This document shows positions 54,221 through 64,000 of a DNA stretch of 64,000 nt, piece by piece; position 1 is the stretch's first letter, and each line of letters opens with the position of its first letter. The notes under the pieces are model-generated. The model saw only the letters and a program-made list of their open reading frames with translations, ran no database searches and was not told where the DNA came from. Location: assembly GCA_951406725.2 (NCBI GenBank), contig OX597829.1, positions 14,570,001 to 14,634,000 of the forward strand, written 5' to 3'. This stretch comes from Octopus vulgaris. Lineage: Eukaryota. Made by a program: the position numbers and the translations under genes.

Positions 54221-54520
54221 AAATATACACACACGCATATATATGTATGTATATATTTACATATTTATATATATATGTATATGTATATGTATATTTATAT
54301 ATATATGTATATATATATGTACATATATATATGTATATATACATATATACACATATATTCATATATATATATATATGTGTATAAATTCATATATGTATAT
54401 ACAGTATATATATATATATATATGTATATGTATATATATATATATGTATATAAATTCATATATGTTTATATATATATATATATGTATATAAATTCATATA
54501 TGCTTATATACATATATATA

Positions 54521-55392
54521 CATGTGTTAGACAAAATAATGGGAACACCTAGCATCGTAGCATCATAATTTTGAAATATCTATAAAACAGTTTTCCACGA
54601 AAACTGTTCGCCGGGAACTGCACAAGACTAGATTTCAGGGGAGGCTGCAATCAGAAAACCACTACTTTCAGAAACAAAATTCTAAAGCGTTCAGAGTGGG
54701 CACAAACCTACAGAATTGTCCCTAACAACGGAAGAAGAATGTTATTTTCTCGGACGAGACATCCTTTACCTTATTTCCGACCACTGGCCGAGTATACGAG
54801 TGGAGACAGCGAAAAGAAGCATTAAACCCAGATTGCCTTCTTCCAATTGTTAAACATGGAGGAGAATATATGGTGATATATGGTGGTGGTGGTGAGGGGC
54901 TATGTCTTGGAAATCCGCCAACCCAATAGCTTCCCTTCATGGCAGAATTAATAAAGTCTTTTAAGCATTTTATCTGATCAAATTCATCCTATGGCCGCGG
55001 AACTGTTTCCGCAGGGAAACGCAATCTTTCAGAATGATAATGCACCAATTCACAGAGCTAAAGTTGTTACTAAATGGCACGAGGAACATTCTAGTGAAGT
55101 TGAACATCTTATCTGGCAAATCTCATTCCCCAGATCTCAATATTATTGAACATGTATGGTGCATTTTAAAAAACAAGTAATGAATTGGTATCCTCCACCA
55201 GCATCACTACAAGAAATGGAGACTGTTTTAACTGAGGAATGGACAAAATTTACTTTGGAAACAATTCAAACTGTCCATGAGTCCATACCTTGTAGAATTA
55301 AGCTGTAATTATTGGCAAAATCTGTCCTACAGCATATTAAAATAAATTTGTTTGAAATTTCAAGGCGTTTCCTTTATTTTGTCAAACCCCTC
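54521..55392 (+). mobile_element. Internally deleted Tc1 (DD34E) transposon
   Basis: NVIFSDETSF, VKHGG, FQNDNAPIH, PDLNIIEHVW; degenerate TIRs in TA context. Confidence 0.85.
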
Positions 55393-55400
55393 GATATATA

Positions 55401-55478
<78 letters not shown>

Positions 55479-55817
55479 CGTGCTTGTACCTCCACTATCG
55501 CTTGAAAACTGATGTTGCTGTGTTTACGTCCCCGTAACTTAGCCGTTTGGTAAAACACTCCGATAGAATAAGTACTAGGCTTACATAGAATAAATGCTGG
55601 AGTCGATTTCTTCGACTAAAGGCGGTGCTCCAGTATGTCCGAAGTCACATGACCGAAACAAATAAAACAATAAAAAACTATGCCATTTTTATCCCGAGCA
55701 ACGCCGCGTATCTCTGATAATAAAATATTAAACTTCACAACTACATGGTTCATGGTATAGTCCAACTGTTTAGTACCTTGTCTTCTACAATAGCTTCGAA
55801 ATTGAAAGAAACCCGTC

Positions 55818-55963
<146 letters not shown>

Positions 55964-56052
55964 GTATGTATGTATGTATGTATATATATATATATGTATG
56001 TATATATATATATGTATGTATGTATGTATATGTATGTATGTATATGTGTATA

Positions 56053-56107
<55 letters not shown>

Positions 56108-56114
56108 GTATATG

Positions 56115-56165
<51 letters not shown>

Positions 56166-56167
56166 TG

Positions 56168-56242
<75 letters not shown>

Positions 56243-56245
<3 letters not shown>

Positions 56246-56455
56246 CGAGCTGGCAGAAACGTTAGCACACCGGGCGAAATGCGTAGCCGCATTTCGTCTG
56301 CCGTTACGTTCTGAGTTCAAATTCTGCCGAGGTCGACTTTGCCTTTCATCCTTTCGGGGTCTTAAGTTACGCACTGGGGTCGATGTAATCGACTTAATCC
56401 GTTTGTCTGTCCTTGTTTGTCCCCTCTGTGTTTAGCCTCTTCTGGGTAGTAAAGA
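56243..56455 (+). mobile_element. SINE family B following a long TA microsatellite (55820-56242)
   Basis: Homology to 14236-14465. Confidence 0.88.
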
Positions 56456-56573
56456 ACTGTATATGTATATATATATATATATATATGTATATGCATAAAT
56501 TTGTGTGTGTGTCCCTCCACCTCCCACCCTTTGATAACCGGTGTCGGTGTCTTATATATACATATACATGCCT

Positions 56574-56632
<59 letters not shown>

Positions 56633-56639
56633 AAGTTTG

Positions 56640-57140
56640 AGGGGTATTGGTGTCAAGAATACTCAAGATGTGTCAGGTGATACTAAGTAAGTGCCATGGT
56701 TAGACCATGGTTAAGCTCCAGGTTCGATAATGATACGAATGAGGAGTCCAACGTGGGTCATATATTAGCATGCATATATACATTGACAGAATACGATAAA
56801 AAATCCAAGGCTGTAAATAGTTTTCAAAACATTTATAAAGAAAAGTTCTTACAGCTGTTTTCGGGATATTTTATATATACCTTCATTAGAGACAGAGCTA
56901 CAAATACAATATCCAAATGTATCGCTCTTCTATTTTCATTCTCTTAATTCCCTCTGTATTTCATATCTTCTTTACAATAATTAATATTCAAACATTTTCT
57001 CGCACCGTCTCGTCTCTGATGAAGGGATATATAAAACATCCCGGAAACAGCTGTAAGACGTTTTCTTTATAAATTTTCTGAAAACTATTTACAGTCTTGG
57101 ATTTTTTAAATCTCATCTGTCAATTTTATATATATTATAT
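56640..57140. mobile_element. Non-coding PLE-like element A with inverted termini, each carrying a hammerhead motif
   Basis: ~56780-56893 is the reverse complement of ~57012-57130; homologous to 57315-58572. Confidence 0.7.
57011..57060 (+). ncRNA. Minimal type I hammerhead ribozyme motif
   Basis: CGTCT-CTGATGA-A GGGAT ATATAAAAC ATCCC G-GAAA-CAGCTG-TA-AGACG: helix I 5 bp, intact core, helix II 5 bp, palindromic helix III ACAGCTGT, GUA cleavage triplet. Confidence 0.8.
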
Positions 57141-57314
57141 ATATGTATATAATATTCTGCCAAAGAATATGAGGAACTTGCACAAAGTAGATGTAGCGGT
57201 TTTTATATCAAAGCTGGACATCTTCCTGTCAAGAGTCCCAGATGTAGCACAAAACGGCGGTGCATCAGCATGGCCGAAGCTCTGAGCTGAAACTAGAAAT
57301 ATATATATATATAT

Positions 57315-58572
57315 AAAGGTTATGGGAGGTAATGTTGTCAGTAAGACCCAAAGGTGTCAGGTAATGCTCAGTAAATGCTATGGACAGACTAAAGTTAAGC
57401 TCGGTGATTATGCGAACGAGGAATCCAACGTAGGTCATATATCAGTATGTATTTATAAAAAAAAAAAAATTCAAAATGTGATAAAAATCCAAGGCTGTGA
57501 AAGGATTTAGAACATTTATAATTTTAAATATTATATCTGTGTAAATATATACATACATGTCTAATATATGCATCTGTATAAATCTTCACGTATATGCTTT
57601 TTTTCTACTACTAAGTACTGACATGTCTAACCACCTAATCTATATTCCTAAGTTCTACATTCCACCATATTACTACCCTCTCTCTGCCCAAGCACTTAGA
57701 CTCTATCACTACATAAATGACACTCCTTTACCTTTTACACTATTATACATCTCTTTCTCTCTCTATCACCCCTATTCATTCTATCTGACACTCCTTTACT
57801 CTGTACCCTATCATCTTTTTTACATCCGAATATCTTTCTCTCTCTATCACCCTCATCTCTCCATTCCTCCATTCAAGCTATCTTGCCTGACCACTAACTG
57901 GTACACTTTCCCTGTCTTCATCTCTTGAATTATCCCACTCTTTGTTTTTCTTTTTTCGTAATTTCTTTCATTTTCTCTTTTCTTTTTATTTCTCTTTTCT
58001 GTTTTATTTTCTCTTTTCTTTATTCTTCTCTTCCTGTTTTCGATATGACCTTACAAATACATTCCCTATTTCTAGGTCACTTTAAAAAAAACCCTCGATT
58101 CAATAGCACTGTATACAAACTCTATACTTGGAATGACCAATTTTAAATACTATTGGAACTTATTCACAAGGTATTGGAATCTTATGCGTATAACATTCTT
58201 CTTAAATAATGGATCTACAAATGCAATATTTCTGAATATCTCACATCTATTTTCATTCCTCCACTTCACTCTCTATTTCATATCTTATCTAAATTAACTA
58301 TTGCTTAAGCATCTTCTCACACCGCCTCCGATGAAGGGATATAATAAATATCCTAGAAACAGCTGTAAAACCTATTTATAAATGTTCTAAAATCTTCACA
58401 GCCTTGGTTTTTTTATCTCATTCTGAAAAAAAATTTATATATACACATGCTGATATATAACCTACGTTGGACACCTTATTCGCATAATCACCGAACCCAG
58501 TCTACCCATAGCACTTACTCAGCATTACCTGACACATTTAGGTATTGTTGACGCCATTATTTCTCATAACTT
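57315..58572 (+). mobile_element. Non-coding PLE-like element B with ~200-bp inverted termini and a pyrimidine-rich interior
   Basis: 57315-57520 is an imperfect reverse complement of 58370-58572; degenerate hammerhead CCGATGA..GAAACAGCTGTA at ~58323-58372. Confidence 0.7.
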
Positions 58573-58607
58573 CTCTCTCTCTTTATATATATAAATATAT
58601 ATATATA

Positions 58608-59120
58608 CTAGCAGTATCGCCCGGCGTTGCTCGGGTTTGTAAGGGAAATAACTATATAAGCATTTTTAGAGAGTTACTTCCCTTATAGATGCCAATTCGG
58701 GCTTTCTTAGCCATTTCTGTTTTGGTGTCTTCAAGCCATGAAGTCGTTGTTCTGAACGAACGCTGGTCTCCTTGACAACTCTTTACGACGTTGATTTCCT
58801 TACACTCCCTTCCCCACAGCTTCACGAGGGAGGGAAGAAGTGGGAGAAGCAAACAGGTGCAGGTGTGACCATGGACGCCAACTCCGCCGCCATCGACACA
58901 CGAAAAATTATGCATTAAAATGGAATAAAAAATGATGTTAAATTATTTTAAAAATCGTAAACTCATCGTAGACGCGCGCTAATACCCAGACGGGCTTGAT
59001 ATGAATCACGACTATAAGATACCCGAATTTGGTTAAACTGCACCGCAAAATGTGGGAGTAGTTAGGAATCTAAATCGAAGGGGACAGACACTCACACAAC
59101 TACAGTTTTATATATATAGA
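58608..59120 (-). mobile_element. Non-autonomous Helitron-like element
   Basis: Minus strand begins TC, ends with hairpin CCCGAGCAACGCCGGG then CTAG, inserted between A and T, no TSD. Confidence 0.75.
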
Positions 59121-59142
59121 TATATATACACAAATTAGTTAC

Positions 59143-59201
<59 letters not shown>

Positions 59202-59408
59202 TATAAATTAGTTATATATATATATATATATGAATTATAAATGTGTATATATAAATATTACACATATGTGCTTTTCTTTATGATATATATATATTGGCAG
59301 TTAGTGGTGACTGCGAAAACATGCCTGTGTGTGATCGGATATATCGATCGGTACAATAATATTAAAGTGTGTAGAAAAATCTACTGAAAGCTAAAGAGAC
59401 GGAAGGTC

Positions 59409-62400
59409 TCAGTAGGTCCCATCATCAGGAGAAACGTACCTTCTTTCCGCTATGGCCTTGACTGTCCGATGGTGCCTCTCCACGATCCCGTTACCGCTCG
59501 GCCTATACCATGCTCTGAACAAGCGACACACATTCCACCGATCAAGCATAACCCTCAATACTTCCGAACGAAACGCCGCCCCGTTGTCCATCAGTAGTTC
59601 TTCCACGGGACCTCTCTTTAAAAATATCCCGTTCAGGATCTGCGCGATCTCGTCAGTAATGCCCATTCTTAACTCCCTCCAAATGGCCAGCCGACCTGGC
59701 CCGCAATCGACCATGGAGAGGTACATTCCCTGACGGTAGTGTGTCACATCCACAGGTAGCCTTTTCCAGTTCTGCACCACCGAAAGGCTTCCCTGTTCAT
59801 GCCCACACGGAGCAGGGTCGATGGACTGATACCTGTCGCAGCTCCCGACCACCTTCCGGATGCTTCTCCTAATGACGTCAGCATCAATTTCCTTCGCCAG
59901 ATACAGGGTCCTGTCCACACCCAGGTGATGCATAGCGTGCAGTCGCTTCAGTTCGGAGTCATCCAACCAACACGCCGCAGCTATCCCTTTCCGGGCCTCC
60001 TCCGGTTCTTCCAACCACGCTTTTTTCACCCTGGTCAGTGCATCCGCCCTGTTTTTCTCCGAAGGCACGAAAACCACATTCAGCTTCAGTCCGAACTCGG
60101 CAATCAATTCACCTACAACTCCTAGAAGGCACTTCACTAACATCTCCGCGGCACCTTTCGTCCGCACTCTCATTTCACCGGTGATCACCGATCCTACCCA
60201 GCCAAGCACAGTGGCCGAATCCGTCCGGATTTCAATTGTGCGCAGCCCCCATTTCAGGGCCAAGTTCACCCCTTCAGCACCGCGTCTAATTTGGCGACAT
60301 TGATGTGGTTGAAATCATCTGCTTTCCGAAGTCAGGCCGCGTCCTCCACCGCAGCACCTTCGATTGCCAACACAACCCCTATCGCCATACTGCTAGCATC
60401 TCACCAGACGGTCCCGCATTCCGTTTTGGACACGTACCAGTTCCCCCTGACCGGGTCTTCCGCTCTCGTCCTCTCTAGGATTTCCTGCATCATCGCCACC
60501 GTCCCTTCTCCCACCTTGTCGCCCCAACTCTCCCCCTCTGCTCGTCTCTTGGTGTAACTACACGCCGTGCGCAGCCATCCGGCGATCGAGTAGTGACCGA
60601 CCAACTTCCCACACACCGAGAATAGCTCTCTCCTGCTGACGCTGGAACTTAGCTCTGGGATTTCCTTCCCTCTCCGGAACACTAATTCATCCGATCTGTC
60701 TCTTCGCAGCTTCAGCCCCAGTGCGGCTCCCCCTTCCATCGACTCCGGTGGCTTCGCAATCAGTCCGAACTTTTCCAGATGTCTAACTATCTCGTTGGCA
60801 GGCACTACAGTTTCGTCCACCATATTGTCGTCATTGTAGGAGCTGGTGGCCTTTCTAATCTTGCCGTCTTTCCCTAGGACGGACTTAAGCACTGCCGCCA
60901 TGATCTTCGGAGCGGAATTCACCCCGAAACCCAGCCTGGTTAAACAGTACGTCCGGCCTTTGTAACGCACCAGCTGATATCGCCACAGTTTGTCGCTCAC
61001 ATGGAGCTGCAAGTATGCCGATTTCAAGTCGACAATCGTCGCTGCCTCGGTCGACTGTCTCCACGCACGTAACGTCTCGCCACAAACGTCTGTCGCCTCA
61101 CCTCCCGTGTGACACGATATATGCTGGTTTAGCTCCCTGAAGTCCAACACCGCTCTGACTTTTCCCTTCGTAGGCTGCACCACCGCCCGTTACCTCCTCC
61201 TTCCAAGGGACAAGGACCCCTTCCACGATCCACCTCTCCACCTCGTCTTCAAACTCAACCTTGGCGTGGCCTTTCAGGGTATGCTGGTAACAGCTCACCC
61301 TGTTTTCAAGCGTTGGGGGCTCGTCCTTCCATCGCCACTCTATCGTCCACCGCTGACCATCGAACGCCGCCTGGAAGTCTTTGTCCTCGATGGTGTAAGC
61401 GGCGCAGTCCCTCGCGGGACTCTGCTCTCTCTGACGATCCTGGCTCGCAGTGCACGACGCCCCCACGCTTCCGAACGTGACCTCATTTCCCACAACACCG
61501 ACGCCACCAAGGCAGTTGATGGCGTCCATCCCCATCACCACATCAGCACCATCTATCACGCGTTCAGCCACAATTATCTGCAGCCTTATCGTCGCGCCGC
61601 GCACCTCTATCTCTACATTGCTGCTGCCTCTGCTATGGATTTCGCTGCCGTCGACTGCCCGGACGCTACTTGCCCCGTTCCATTCCTTCTTCACCCTTGA
61701 AGTCACAAGGGTGGTCGTACAGCCCGTATCCACGAGGGCCTTGAACGTCTTCCCCTCGGCCTCCACGTCAATTAATGGCAGCGTCTCCAATAGCGCCTCT
61801 ACTCGTTTGCGGGGAAAGTTCGAGAGGCAGCAACTTCCCCGCAGTCGTTTCCTTGGTCGCAATCACGGGCGATGTGCCCTGTCTGCCTGCATCGATAGCA
61901 AACGGGCCCCGGTTGCGTACAGTCCCGCGCCATGTGCAACCCCTGGCATCTAAAACACCGACCTGTGAACGGCCGCTTCTGTACGTCTTTTTCCGGTCGT
62001 CGTCCGTCTTTACACACATCCGTCACCGCCATCGCTATCGCCTTCCGCCCAGAGCGTCGCGTCAACACGCGGGCTTGAGTCACCAGTTCGCTCAGCGCCA
62101 GCTTTTTAATCCCGGCAATCGTTGTAGGTGAATCCCTACATCGTCGGGGAACCCATTTACGAAAGTCAGTCGCGTCGCACCGCTCTCTCCAGCCCTTCTG
62201 CCAGCCAGCGTCGCCAACCTTCTAACTTCTGCCGCATACTCGTCCACTTGCCCCTCCCCGTCCACTGAATCGTACCCAGCTTAGCAAAAGCTGTGTATTC
62301 ACATTCTGTGTAGGCATCCTGCAATCGTTGCTCTATCTTTTCCTCGCTCAGGCGTTCCTCCTCCTCCATCTCAAGCGTTAACGCGCTCCCTTCTAAATAC

Positions 62401-62852
62401 AGCGCCATAAGACTTGCCACATCGCTTATACCTTGCAGTCTTGCCACCAGCCTGATTTTCCGCATCCATGCCACTACATCGCCTTCGCCATTAAAGGGTC
62501 TGATGATGTCGCTGGCGATCCTGATTTTCGCAGACATCGTGGTGACGACTTACGTGGAATGCCGAAATAGCTTGTGGTGTGTGCAAGATAGTTGATAAAT
62601 AAAGGCACCTACCTTCTCTTCGCTCTGATAGAGACCCTTCAGTGGTAACGGATCCTTCATCACAGCCCCGACCCGAACGCTAAAGATAGCAGCTGCTTCA
62701 CCCAACCTTAGCAACGTCTTCACACGTCTTAACACCTCGATGACCCTCGTTGGAAAAGCCGAATTCACCGCTCCCTGCGCACGCCTGACGGCTGCACCTT
62801 CCGGTTGCCCCAGCTTCCGGTCAACGCACCCAGCTGCTGACGTCATCCAACA
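59409..62852 (-). mobile_element. Ty3/Gypsy-like LTR retrotransposon, 3'-truncated and frameshifted (LTR-gag-PR-RT-RH-IN)
   Basis: Zinc knuckles CFRCQGLHMARDC / CYRCRQTGHIARDC, protease ALVDTG, RT VDLKSAYLQ / YNDD, RNase H DASS / TDSA, integrase HHLG, DNGAAF, GNGIVERHHRT; GC-rich against AT-rich flanks. Confidence 0.92.
62553..62852 (-). repeat. Putative 300-bp LTR
   Basis: Minus strand TGTTGGATG ... CATTCCACG imperfect terminal inverted repeat immediately upstream of gag; no second LTR present to confirm. Confidence 0.55.
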
Positions 62853-62855
62853 GTA

Positions 62856-62907
<52 letters not shown>

Positions 62908-62922
62908 GATATAGATATATAC

Positions 62923-62971
<49 letters not shown>

Positions 62972-63133
62972 GTAGAAATATGTTTTGAAAAAAACATATA
63001 AAATATACGTGCAAGTGTAAGGGTAAAATAAGAAAATAAATTAAATAGAGATGGCCGCAGTCGAATGACTGAAACAAATAAAATAAACCAATAAAGTATA
63101 TACATACACATATACATGCACATATATATATTT

Positions 63134-63165
<32 letters not shown>

Positions 63166-63520
63166 ATACATACATATGTATATACATATATATATATGTA
63201 TATACATACATATGTATATATACACATATATACATATCAACGAAAATGCATATTGCATGTATAAAAAGACTATTTATGATAGGTAGTGACAAAAATATAC
63301 ATTTTGAGTATTACGAGTCAAAAAGGTCATTATTATTGAAGGTTATAAGAAGTTAATAATAATAATAAAAAGGTAAGGGACTGAAACGAACCAATTGGTT
63401 TTCACGTTAGCTGTTCATCGTTTGAATAACACTGGTTAGTAGACGGTGTCAGGTCTAATAGTTCCTGAGAGAAAATATTATTTGTAAGGAAGGTAAGTAG
63501 TTCTGGATTATATGTATAAG

Positions 63521-64000
63521 GGAGGTAATGTCCCTCCACCTACTGACCTCAAACTCAGACCCATCATAGCTGGCCCTTCTTGTGAAACCCACCGTTTGAG
63601 CAACTTCCTCGACATATTACTCAAACCTCTTTTAAAATATGTGAAAAGTTTTATCAGGGATGACCTAGACATGCTGAACCACCTCCCGAAGACAGTAAAG
63701 GACGGAATACTACTGGTATCTTTCGATGTGGTGAATCTATACACCAATATCCCACACGACTATGGTATAGAAGCAATCACATTTTGGCTAGAAAAATACC
63801 CAGAAGAGATCCCAGGACGAATTAACCACAATTTTATAATTGAAGCATTGAAATTCGTACTGCTGAACAATCACTTCTTGTTCGATACTACTTACTATCG
63901 ACAAAAATGCGGTATTGCAATGGGCCCCAGAGCTGCTCCAGTGGTTGCAAACCTCGTAATGGGTTACCACGAACTCAAGTTATACCAATCATCACTAGAA
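63521..64000 (+). CDS. Penelope-like reverse transcriptase, partial (runs off the window; absent from the ORF track)
   Basis: Open frame LRPIIAGPSCETHRLSNFLDILLKP...IRDDLDMLNHLP...VSFDVVNLYTNIPHDYGIEAI...RQKCGIAMGPRAAPVVANLVMGY, clearly homologous to 35364-36800. Confidence 0.9.

Noticed and set aside
59452-62131. Plus-strand ORFs overlapping the Gypsy-like element
   Set aside because: Antisense shadows of GC-rich gag-pol sequence with no recognisable motifs

Overview
AT-rich, microsatellite-saturated eukaryotic (animal) DNA made almost entirely of transposable elements; the SINE families and repeat landscape look like an Octopus/cephalopod genome (inference from recalled sequence, not a database result). 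No intact host gene is supported; two isolated exon-like segments lie at ~38 kb and ~41 kb. Recognisable elements: RTE, Tx1/L1-like, CR1-like and R4/Dong-like LINE fragments; several Penelope-like elements (PLEs), including a 455-codon open RT + GIY-YIG frame; two mariners, a Tc1 and its MITE; a TTAGGG-containing MITE (2 copies); a non-autonomous Helitron; a Ty3/Gypsy-like element; and more than 25 tRNA-derived SINEs of 3-4 families. The most notable signal is a series of minimal hammerhead-ribozyme motifs (best: 57011-57060 and 34825-34869) in PLE termini and in non-coding inverted-repeat elements, plus many fold-back inverted repeats inserted in microsatellites. Most ORFs in the supplied track are microsatellite artefacts. 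Coordinates of degraded elements are approximate.
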